64,000 bases of DNA, from the NCBI GenBank assembly GCA_904063045.1, contig CAJFCJ010000033.1:124001-188000 (forward strand). Direction: 5' to 3'. Below, piece after piece: positions 52,651 to 64,000 of the stretch. Every line of letters begins with the position of its first letter. The first letter of the stretch is position 1. The notes under the pieces are model-generated. The model was not told the origin of the DNA, searched no databases, and was given only the letters and a program-made list of their open reading frames with translations. The DNA is from Dimorphilus gyrociliatus. Taxonomy: Eukaryota > Animalia > Annelida. Both the position numbers and the translations under genes were made by a program.

Positions 52651-55261
52651 TACATGCATATACTGTATATATATAGATATATACATTTGCTTCCTTTCTT
52701 CCTTTCTTTCTATCTATCTGCATACTACATACGTTTGTTTCTGTCACGCCTCACCTATCAATTAATTTAATATTTATCAAAATGTTTGTATAGTAGGAAA
52801 CAATTGCTCAAACAACATCATTTACACGCTAAGATAAACAAAGATAAATGTTAGTTTCCTTTTTCAAAGCTCTATCTAGCTAGCTGCCTATCTATCAATC
52901 CTTCTCTCTTTCTTTCTTTCTTTCTTTCCTTCTTTTTCTCTCTGTCCCACATATGGTGCTAAATTGACAGCCCGGCTATTTTTAACCATCGTTTACATAT
53001 TACGTCAATATGCCTTCAATACATCCTGAGTCATCACTTTTTAGTCTGTGATTCAACATCATACAATAAAATAAGCCTAAAAAATCTCTCTGGAGTCTCT
53101 CTCCAAGCGATGGAATTTCCTTTAATAGTATGATTCACCTATTTGACTTTATTCATGACAAACACGTTTTAAAGGGTATATTTATGCGAATTTTGAATTC
53201 TCATCGGGAAAAAAGTGAATAATAGGGTTATTTAAGAGAATTTCCGTTTTATTTATCTATTATTCTGAAGTAAAAAAGAACACAATAAAGTTGTACAATG
53301 AGTGTTTTCGATGTTTGTATTTCACTTTTCTTTCGAAAACCGTTTAGTAAAGGTGGCAACCAAATTTACAGCATCGAAAACATTCATCCAAAAAAATACG
53401 CGCTCATATGTCTGTCGATATATACCGTTGTTTAGACAAGCCTCCACTTTCAATCTCTCTCTCTCTCCTTGCTCACTCTGAAGATCTAGCCTCTTTTCTT
53501 CATCTGGTCGGTAAACTATACTTAGTGTTTCAATTAAGAAAGACTATGAACTACGCAGAATGCAAATAAGTAAAGCTAAAATAAACAATTACAAACCATA
53601 AAAGATACCCTCAAGCTTTGGGAAAGATGTATGCATAAATAACATTTGGATTGGTAAGGGTATAAAAACAATAAAGTACATTGACTAATGAAACTCTTTA
53701 TCTTAAAATTTCATATCTATTTTGGATAAAAAATCAAACGTTTCCCGAATTTTTTCCAAACTGTTAAAATTGCTTAGCAAGCAATTTTTCAGCCAGATGT
53801 TTACAGGATTGACGTAGGGCTTGAGCTGGTGTAAGTTTTACGTGTCGAAATCGATTACAAGATATGCTCATTTTAGATTATTTGGTTTAGTTAGAGTGCT
53901 TTCATAAACTTACCTAGAATAGAGTAATATTTTATCATCCGCCTCCCCCTCCTCCCACTCCTCATATTTATCTCTTGGGAATAAATTAGTCATTAAACCG
54001 ACTCTCTCCGTCCCCCTCCAAATAAATAATTCCCCCGTTTCCTTTTAGGTAATAATTTGTTCGTCGTAAACTCAGGCTACGCTTAGCAAATAACAATTGG
54101 AATACAGAATAGTTCTCTTATCGGAAAGGCTATTTTTAAAATCACATAAATTGTTGACAAGACAAATTTTTAAATATACGAAATACATCTTTCTGTCTTT
54201 TTTTCATAAAAGATCTCCAATTCAAACTAGTGTTAACAATTATTGAGAAATTAACAAGCATTTAATTATTATACGAAATTATACGACTGGAAAGGATTGA
54301 AATACAAAGCTTTTATTAAAAAGTACCATTTGATGATTCTTTTTATAACATTGCCCTGTATTTGAAATACGGATTTTTTATTCTTTTACTACGTATGAAA
54401 CGGATTTTTTTTATCTATCTACATTTTTACAGTAAGTATCTTTGTAGAGTTCGTGTTATTGAAACTGACCTCTGTCTCTCTCTTTACGATGAGAGACCAA
54501 CTCTTTAGCATAACTCACAAATTTCTATTATATGTAAACTATTTCATCTTACAGAAGATACATTTATGATAATCTGTAACTAGAATTTTACAATAAGTTA
54601 TAAAAACAATTTTTACATATTTTATTAATGATAAAGATAGAATTAAAATGTAAGGATATGCATTAAATATTTATCAAAAAATAATTAGGATGTTACACTT
54701 AATATGCTACAGTAACTTTCGAAACTGTAACCACTCAAAAAAACTTTAAAATCTTAGTCAAAGATCAATTTAAAGTTGTTTCTCAAGTAAATTCATAATC
54801 CAATATTACAATTAATTTAATTCAAACTAAAATGATCCATTTAAATCACCTTAAATCAGAATTTTCATATATATATACTAATATATTTAAAAGTCATTCA
54901 CAGGCATAGCATTAAACAAAACAACTGTATAATCATAAGTTATCAAGAATATATTAATTAATCAAAGCTCATTATGCAGACTCCAAGACCAATGAGCAAA
55001 TGGCGATAGTTGTACCATCTGTAAACGAGATGGCGCTTTGAAAAAAGACGTAAAATACCTCCATTCTAGTTCATTTACAAGTTTAAGTCACAGAGGTCAT
55101 AAGAAAACCAATTGTAAATGGAGGTTTATGGACCTCTTCTTTCTGTAAAGTACATACTTTTCAGCGGCCATTCTTCTAGATTAAGTTTTTCCGGAAATCT
55201 TGGTAGAGGCGTTCTAGAAATAAAAACGAATTTAGCTCAATGTTTAAATACTTAAATGTAC

Positions 55262-58200
55262 TTACGCTTCACGTCTTTCAATGTCACTTACGAACGCAAT
55301 CAAGTTTAACATATACACTCGATCCAACCGTAGCCGACCCGAGGTGATTTCCAATATTTCAGTAAAAGCCATATTGGGGTTTCCCCTAACTTCCAGTCGC
55401 CTTTTCTGTTCCTTTTGGAGGTCATTAACGCAATTTTCAATTTCAAAGACTGGCCAAGCATGAAACGACTCGGTTTCCCTCAATAGCTTGTTCAATCTTT
55501 CTTGTTCTATTTTACAATTTTCATAATCCAACGATAGTAAATAGCAATAGGCAATCATTTGCTGACATATCAATGATTTACTAGTTGTGTTCTTTCCACA
55601 ATTTTGAAGATTTCTAACGGACGTTCGTAAGTGTAAAAGAGCACGTTTAATATCACCAACTTGTAAAAAGATTACGCCCAAACAAAAATCTATCTTTCCA
55701 ATCATTGGATGAGGTCTCAAGGACGGTGATGACAAATAGAAAATTTGACGAGCTCTGAACAGGGAATGCATAGACTCTTCAAACATATTTTGAGCAAAAT
55801 GAAAAACGCCAGCCAACTGAAACTCCTGGGCCAGTGTTGGATCATCGTGAGCTTTAACTTTTTCGATGAGCATCAGAGCATCTCTTTGAGATATAATGGC
55901 TTGATGAAAGTTTTCAGTTAAAAAACATATCATCGCAAGAATTCGATAGCATATGGACAAATCGATGTGGATTGGACCGTATATTTCCTTGTTAATGAGT
56001 ATAGCATATTTGATATAATGATGAGCCAAATTCCAATTTCTTGCGCCTAGCTCCTTACGGCAGAGACCAACCAGACAATCGGCGTAGTTAGACTTTGTTG
56101 ATGAAATTTTGACTAAGGGATAAAACATCAAAATATCTTCAGGAGAGAAAATCTTATTTTCACTTTCAAATTCATAATCTCTCTGATGAACTTGAACACC
56201 ATTTGTTTTACAAAAGGCTCGGAGAAAGCAAACCTTCTTCAAAGCGTGAATCTCTATAAGCTTTGCAATATCCTGACACTCAACGGGTATAACAAATTGA
56301 AAGCTTTTCACCATATCCTCTTTTATTTCTGCCAAAAGCGATTGTCTTGTCGCATTCGTCCATTCAAGATTCTCAGTGAAGCTCACTCGTGTACTACTAT
56401 GTGACCGTCTTCTTTTCACCTTTCTCATACTCAAGCAGTCGAATTCTAGCAAACTTTTCTTTGAATCCGTTTGATGGCTTAAATAGCAATTTAAGAAATG
56501 GGATGTTGCAGCTGCCTTGTGATGTAATTCAACATTTGTAATAAATCGTCTAAGGATTAAAAGAAAATATTGTTAAAAATCCTTAACAGTTTATAAAATA
56601 GAACTTTTAACTCACTCTTACCTAAATATATGCTTAGCGGCTCTATTTATCATCTCTAATATAAAAATAGGAATAAGGAAGTGGCCATCTGGCAGTCGCT
56701 TTGTAATATTTCCCATATATCGAATATTTATTCCAAAGGTATGTAGCTTTGAAGTAAGTGAGAATCCATCTATTATTGAATAATCGTTGACATGACTTTC
56801 AATAAAGTCGGAAATATGAGTTGTGAGCATGAAATCTGCAGCTTTGGCCAGAATAAATTGGTCTCGATGAAATTCCCTCTGTTTCATTAATGGTATCCTA
56901 AGGTCACGATTAAAAGCGTTAGGGTTACCAGAGCAGAAAAAAGTTCGATTTTCGCTGGATCCTTCACACTGCATAATCAGGCAATGTTTTTCCCACTCTT
57001 CCTTAAAGTTTATTTCGTCTCCGACCAGTTTCTGAGCACGTTCAAGGAATGAATCGAGCCTTTCAATTTCATGTTCATTTCCTTCCTCAAAATGTAATGC
57101 ATTTTTTTTCACATCTTCCAGAATAATTTTAGAACACAACGGATTAACAAAATTATCTAGTTTTTTCAAATAGATCTGGAAACGGGTTCGTCGAAAAATT
57201 TTCCAAAAGTATTCTCGAAAGTAAGTGTGTTGATGCCTTGCAGCACGTGGAAAATTTTCCTCTTTCATTTTCGGACTTATTAAAATAGAAGGAAGATTAA
57301 GTAGAAAATTAGGATCAGGAGGAAAAAATGTCGTCATATCGGCCATATAACTACGATTATCGTCGCCTTTCGTCACAATCGTATTTATGGATAATTGGAT
57401 AGAATGAGTTTTGCGGTGACAGTCAACAATTTCCTGTGATTTATTACCCATACATCTACAAAGCTGTCGGATGTCCGTCAAAATATCAGCATCGGTACAG
57501 TTCACAACATTATCTCCAAAATCCACTGATCCGAAACACAAGTTATTTTTATACGATTCCGGTTTTTTGTGAATTACCGGTTCAATTATGGCACGAAATC
57601 CCTTATAATCAATAAGAATTTTCGTTAGAAAACGTAATTTTTCTGCTTTTGCTCTCCCTGCTCGTCGAGTATTTCGAACATCAGCATTAGCAGCTGCGTA
57701 TGAGTTATCATTCTTAACAATTTTAATCCTTAAACCGTTGAGAATGATAATTTCTCCATCTTTTCCTTCCACCACCCGCCCTTCACGATCGTCAATAAGA
57801 GAAGAAAATATCTTTGTTGCTGCAGAGCTAAATTTCATTTGAAGGTCATATAAATCTTTTTCCTTTTGAATTTCTTCATGGAGTTTAGAAACCTTCTTAT
57901 CAAGAATGGATTGTATCTGAGAATTAATGGTATGGTCTATAACTTCATGACCAGTGGGAAAATCCCACATTGAGAAGTCGTGCCGATGATCAATTGGAAG
58001 CTTTGGCGACAGCCAAGAGTACACTTGTTGAGGAGAAGAGTGAAATTCAAATAAATGTCTCTTTCCGTAATATTCTTCTTTAACACTATAACATTGCTTA
58101 AATCCCGGACTTAGGAATGAGAGAGTTTCAATTAGGTTATTGCTCATTAAAGAAGGAGTTTCAGGCGCCGGATTAAATTCAGTATCAGTTGACTGATTTA

Positions 58201-60179
58201 TATAAAAGCCTCTTGTACAACAAGTTATCTGTGTTTTTCGATCTTCTAAAGTTTCTATAGATAAATAAAACAAATCCCCTTTATTCTTTCGGGATATTGG
58301 AGGAGGATTCCACCCACTGAGACAAAATTTCTTTAAGCACGGAGACATAAAAAACTTGTAATTTCCTTTGTTAGTTTGATTTGGATGAAACATAGATAGT
58401 TTATGCCCCTCTTTAACTGGCAAAGGTATAAAAAAGGGTATTGGTCTAAAAATATTTTGATCTGAATTCAAAACAACATGAACAAAGCAGAGGGAGCGAC
58501 CGTTAACACCCAAATATGCTTCTATACTTTCTTGTGAGTTCAACATCTTCCAAAAGTCCTTCAAATATTTCCTCATCGAATAATGATCAAAATTACTAAG
58601 AGAGAGATTCAAAACACTACCATTAGCCAAATTTGGAACTGATACGATTTGATGTGATTCATCAAGTCTTTTTCCTTCAAAGAAAAACTGACATCCTATT
58701 GTTTTTTTAAAACTCCTTCTTTCCATCATTTGTCGTAGTTTCCCTATTACCTCATTCTTATGTACCCTAACCATCAATTCCGATTGATCATCAAATCTGA
58801 TATTGAGATTTATGTAGCCATCAGTCAGGATTCGGTCATTTTTCAACTTGTTTAAAAACTTATGATAGAATGAAGTTATCCAGGCTTCCATTGTACTTTC
58901 GACATCAGTGAAGTTCTGTGTGAGTTTAGTAGATATTTTTGTTGGAGCTTCTGAACAATAATCGAAATCTTTGCAAAAATCTCTTATGTCACTTTCCATT
59001 ATCTTACTATCCTCACATTGAACCTCGAAATTCTTCAAGTCTGAAATATAACTGACTGATATATCTAAGGAAAAAATTAATATATTAGTTTAATTTACCA
59101 AGAAAGGAATTTGTGGTTCTGTGAGTTGTCTCGTCGTTCGTCTCGTCTTCAGTTTCATCGGGAATGCCTATGAATACAACTTTTTTCTTCGGTTTGGCCT
59201 TAGCCTGGATCTGAATTTCATTATCTTCCTGAGTGTTCTTAATTTTACGTAGAATTCCTGGCCTCTTGTTCAACGAATCCTGTGTATTGTTTTGACCATA
59301 TATTTTTTCTTTATCATACTCTGTAGTTGTCTTCTCTAATTCTCCTTGACGTACTTTGGTTTTCTCAGAATTTTCCTCATTTTTATCATTAATCTGTGTG
59401 TCTAATATTGGGAATCCAATTAAATCTTTTATCAGTCTCGTGCTTGCGTTTATTTTTAAATTTTTTACATTTTCATACAACGGGTCCAGCGAATCTGGCA
59501 GTATTAGAGAAGCCTTAATGTCCGAGTATTCATATTCTTCAATTCTTTCGGACGTTTGGTGTTCACTTGATGTTTTAGAGTTTTGTATTTTATCCTCCGG
59601 CTTTTCAATGCATTCACTAACCACTTTATTAAATTGATCAGTGGCATGCTCTTCCTCAGTCTTGCTGGGAAAAGATTTCATATTCATATCAAATTCTGTT
59701 TGATCAACAGTCAATAGACTATCATCCATATCATTACTGTCAGAGCCATTGTTGTCCATATTACTAGATTGATTAGAGGTATGTGTTTCCTCAGTCTTGT
59801 TCATAACGAATGTTGTTTTTTCATCGGCCAATAAACTATCGTCCTCAATATCATTTGTATCGAGATCAGTTTCTTTCGCTTCTTGGTCATCTTGACAAAC
59901 TATGACAATGGCAGATTCTTTTGATTCATTAAGAATTTCTTCATCCCACTCAGGTTTACTGATAGGTTCAGAAACAAGTTCAGAGATAGTAATTGAAATT
60001 TCAGGAAGATCCACTGCCTCCGCACTCAGCTTGTTTTCACCTTCAGTTTTGTCTATACATTCTATATCGTCTGTTTGAACGCCTTTCTCACAAGTCTTTC
60101 GATAAAAGCAACGTTTACAATTTTCCTGCTTTAGAAGACTTGTTAGGTCTCCAGTCGACAAACTTCTTCCCCTACTCAT
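55262..60179 (-). CDS. Clustered mitochondria (CLUH/clueless)-like protein, divergent; 3 exons (60179-59099, 59040-56622, 56549-55262), about 1595 aa
   Basis: CLU-N segment, then CLKKFCLSGWNPPP..GDLFYLSIETLED..TRGFYINQST..FNP, IDYKGFRAI, FGSVDFG, KGDDNRSYMADM..FPPDPNF, LHTFGINIRYMG, MINRAAKHIFR, TSHFLNCYL and C-terminal TPRs. The two short GT-AG introns restore frame (4788 nt total). Confidence 0.9.
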
Positions 60180-62917
60180 CTTTCATATCTCGTATCTCTT
60201 TGAAAATAAAGCAAATAGGACACTTTCTCATCAACCGCTCAAAGAATAATCTGCCTTAATAAAAGTAATTTTAATAGCTTTCGAAGTAATGAAAAAAACA
60301 ACGAAATAAATTAAGCCTATTAACAATGTAACCACGTTGTCCAACTTGACTTACTAAAATAACGATTTACCGTATATTTAATATCTTCTGATTGTATTCC
60401 AACGAAACCTACATAATGGAAAATACCAAATTAGTATTTATAAATGAATTATAACACTTTATTTTAACATTTATTAAATAATTTAGAACAGAAAATGTTA
60501 ATTAAAAAAAAGAAGCTGAGCACGTCAACAAGCTAATTAAAATATGGATATAACTATGTATTCTTAAATCCTATAAATATGAAAAGTATATAGAAATGTT
60601 GGATAAAAATAGCTTGTTTGATCAGTAAATTTATTAATACTTACAAATGTGTAGCTTCGGAAATATTTTCAAGTTTTAATCAGTCATGTGGTAATGTCAC
60701 CAGACGCACGCGCTCGGGAACGAAAAGGACCGGTTTATGAAGATTGTTTATATCTATAGGAAATTTTAGAGTATTGTTAAATTGATGGTAAAATTATATT
60801 TTTAAAATTATGTTACTTCAAAAATAAATATTTTTTAATTATTTTAAAAGAAAAATTAAATTTTTAAAAAATTTTACGATTAAATCCGCAATTTTTTATG
60901 GAAGTATTTTTTTTTTGACGTCATGAATATTCTATTCTATTAATTAGGGTAAAAAGGCGCCCATTTTAAATACTTAACAAAGTAAATAACTAGGCTTAGC
61001 AAAATCTTCAACTTTGCAGAAAAAATTCATAAATTATATACCAATATTTATTAGAGAATGTTTTCAAGTATTTAAATCGGGCGTATTAATTCCTAGAAAA
61101 TATGGAAGTAACCTCCTACACATTTCACTGAAATTCTATCTAAAACGATTTAATTCAATCTTAGAATCTGCAGGTCACATAATAGCAATTTATTTTATAT
61201 TGAAAATATTTTAAACTTTGATAAAATTTTTAAAATATCATAAGATGTCTAATAATAAGAATTAAAACATATGAATTTTTTATAATAATAAATTATTTTA
61301 TAGATAATAAATGTCTATTAATATATTCAAAAATATAGGACAATAAAACGACACAGGATAACCAAAAACTTTTTGTAAGTGGTGACGGAACTACCAATTT
61401 GGATTTGAGATAGAGAAAGATTTGAGTCTAATCATCAAATCCTCGCTGCTATCTCAAAATCAATTCAGTGTATCTTTTATAGCATTCTTCGCGCGGAAAT
61501 CAGGCTGCAAATGTAGCAGTTAATTAATCGAAAAATATGCAGTTCATAGATGTGTTAGAATAAACTTCGCAGTAACACTATCCACAAACTGCAGATTTCT
61601 TGATTAGTATTAATACTGCTAGCTGTAGCTCAGATCCTAATAAGATTCTCACTAGACGCTTCCAATCTGGAAAACAATAAAAGAAAGTAAAACATAAAAA
61701 AAAACAAATATATAAAAACACTCCTTTAAGATGAATATCTCCTATGCAATTAATTATTCGTCTAATTAGCTTTAAGGATTAGAGTATGTTATTTGCACCA
61801 GGTATTGGTTAATCTGGTTAAGTCAAACAGAGAAATAGCTTCTTTATTGCAGTTTGTTTTGATCAAAAGGTACACTTAATGCATACGAAGAACTTTATAT
61901 TTCATCCCCGGATGCATTTAGTGTTTACCTATTATTATCAAAAAAGAAAAATTAAATATATAATAGCAGGTTGATTTAGTTTTTATAACAATAAGCTTAG
62001 TTAGTTGCTGAGGTAGTTAGATCTAATTCAAAGAAGTACTAAATCAAAATAAATTTACCGCTTCTACTCGTTCAGAATATCAACAATTGAGAATGAAACG
62101 TCCTTAGCGAAAGCGATTAACTATGCTCATGTCACAAACATGCAAGAGTACAGTAAATCGACTTCGTAAGAACGCCAGCTAACTTTTTCATTTTTTCAGA
62201 GATAAAAGTTTTTACTTCTTGTTTAAATTCGACACTGAAACTGTAAACAAAATTTTTAGTTTTATATTATAGACACGATCTTTGAAAACATCAATAAACA
62301 TTAAAAGAACAATTTTCAGCTTCGTATGTACATGCGTCGGTTGAAAGCCAAACTATGATTGGCAACCGACCTTTGACCAAGTGCTCTAGGCAACAACCTA
62401 CAATTACATTTGTAAAAACTTTTTAAATCCAATATAATTGTATAATAAGTAACCGTAATAGGATAAGTTTAAACAATTGTTTAAGCCATTTTATGTAGCG
62501 AATCAAATATGGCGGCCTCCTATTGAGATTGAGTACTTTGCAGGATGAGATTGGAAAAAACAAAAATTGTCTAAAATATATTCTTTCGGCTATTTAAATG
62601 ACCGCTAGACTAAATTGCTTTATATACTACTGGTATATTAACAAACTGACACGTAGTTCGTTTGTTGGCAAAAAATTCTATAACTTTCTATTCGCGACTG
62701 GATAAAATTTCCTCATTTTGTTTAAAAGAAAACTTTTTCAAAAGAACTAAATTACTTACTTTCTACTTACCTTTATAATTACTTTGGCTACATGAAGCCT
62801 GACGCTATTAAGCAGATAAACAGGTCACTGACTTAAGTGTTGAGTTGACGAACCATGTACACTCGACGGTTCCTGGCGGAAAAAGGAAGAATAACGTTGC
62901 GTGCCCATGATGTAGCG

Positions 62918-62958
62918 TGACGTCAGGGATTCCCGGAAGTGTCAACTACGCATGCGCA
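62918..62958. promoter_or_regulatory. Dense promoter motif cluster: CRE (TGACGTCA), kB-like GGGATTCCC, ETS CCGGAAGT, NRF1-like ACGCATGCGCA
   Basis: The motifs were read directly in a GC/CpG-rich island at 62870-62960. Confidence 0.55.
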
Positions 62959-63163
62959 AATAAAATACTAGTCATACTTTTAAAAAAGATGTATAATAAT
63001 CACTTTAAAGTTAAAAACGAATTAAAAAATTAACAAAAAAATTAATGCAAGACTGAATGCTATTTTTTTTGCTGTTTTAAGGATTCCCCAAAATACCTGC
63101 TGAAAAAAAATGGTACAACTGAACTTTGAAAGCTCGTAGCGATTAAAACTTGATTATAATATA

Positions 63164-63184
63164 ATGGCGGAAACTGATATTAAA
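63164..63184 (+). CDS. Candidate first coding exon (MAETDIK) of a + strand gene continuing beyond the window
   Basis: ATGGCG in a good context about 200 nt downstream of the promoter cluster, followed by a phase-0 donor AAA|GTAATA. No downstream exon was confirmed. Confidence 0.3.
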
Positions 63185-63368
63185 GTAATACTTAATTAAT
63201 TTTTAAATTTGAAAAATAGGATTATGATTTTCATCTAAAACAAAAATATTTTCAGCAATTTCATTTGATTTATTTCAGGAAATCGCTTTGTTTACATATA
63301 CAAATACTGCAAATTGCTCATAATATATTTAATACTGGTTTGCAAGAACATTAAAATAATGGAACGAA

Positions 63369-63998
63369 TTAATATCTAAGGTAACTACGATATTCTTGGG
63401 TTGACAGTGAAGGATCGTAGTTTTTCATACTTCGCTCTCTTTCTAATCTTCTACCATAACTGCTTACATCGTGTCGATTTGGACCAAATTGAGGAGTGTT
63501 CAACGATCTCCAATTTTGACGAAAACTAAGAGGACCAGCCGATGGTGGAAATTTGGCTTCGTCGTACAAACGAACCAAGCCGTCGACGTAACAAACTCTA
63601 TGTCCTCCATGGCCCATTACCTCTTTGACGTTTCTCCAACAAGATCCATGACTACCGTAACGCTCCTTGGCCGGACCGTAATCAGGATATCTGTATGCAA
63701 CCTTCTGGATGAGCTCTTCGTATTTTCGACCGTGCTCAGTTCGTGCATGATCTTCCTGGGAAAATAAATAACTATTAGCTGTTGGCGGTGCTGATTTTGG
63801 TCTGGACGGTTTCATTTTGGTGGCGAGATCGGCCACTTGCTTTTCCCATTTCTCCCATGCGTGTTTGCATGTGTCAGGATTACGGCAACCACAAAACTCT
63901 TTCTCCGGATCTACATCCTCCTCCTCCTCGTTCCATAAGCATTTGCGTATTTTTCTCGTATGAGGAAGGAATCCCCAAAAATGACTGCGATGATTAGC
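63369..63998 (-). CDS. Uncharacterised protein, 3' part; the frame stays open to the window edge
   Basis: The track ORF 63369..63836 extends without a stop to the edge (..HFWGFLPHTRKIRKCLWNEEEEDVDPEKEFCGCRNPDTCKHAWEKWEKQVADLATKMKPSRPKSAPP..). The GC-rich, coding-like composition supports it. No family was recognised. Confidence 0.7.
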   Translation of the reverse strand, partial: ANHRSHFWGFLPHTRKIRKCLWNEEEEDVDPEKEFCGCRNPDTCKHAWEKWEKQVADLATKMKPSRPKSAPPTANSYLFSQEDHARTEHGRKYEELIQKVAYRYPDYGPAKERYGSHGSCWRNVKEVMGHGGHRVCYVDGLVRLYDEAKFPPSAGPLSFRQNWRSLNTPQFGPNRHDVSSYGRRLERERSMKNYDPSLSTQEYRSYLRY

Positions 63999-64000
63999 AT

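Noticed and set aside
1-64000. Prokaryotic origin, CRISPR array, rRNA/tRNA, or intact transposon
   Set aside because: Genes are split by GT-AG introns. I saw no regularly spaced repeat-spacer units, cloverleaf or rRNA signatures, or transposase/RT ORFs.

Overview
AT-rich, gene-dense, intron-containing animal genomic DNA with many introns of about 50-120 nt and abundant (GA)n/(TA)n microsatellites. The style resembles a compact-genome invertebrate such as a miniaturised annelid, but species assignment is inference only. I reconstructed spliced models by hand, in order: RALBP1 (-), a CyaB-like CYTH protein (+), an ABCG half-transporter (+), AKAP10 (+), SLC37A4 (+), an orphan class A GPCR (-), two tandem receptor guanylyl cyclases (-), phosphonopyruvate decarboxylase (-) head-to-head with SNX9/18/33 (+), a bacterial-type sulfotransferase (+), a small secreted ITIH-C-terminal-like protein (+), a divergent intron-poor CLUH-like gene (-) and an unknown ORF running off the right edge (-). 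No rRNA, tRNA, CRISPR array or intact transposon was seen. The best novel candidate lies in the 2.2-kb last intron of the SNX gene. It holds a hidden in-frame exon encoding an (SPxx)4 phospho-ladder plus stop. It also holds a nested set of long-range complementary elements (15/15 and 16/17 pairs, plus a 7-bp helix over the candidate donor) that could switch that exon on or off. All homology calls come from remembered family motifs, not database searches.
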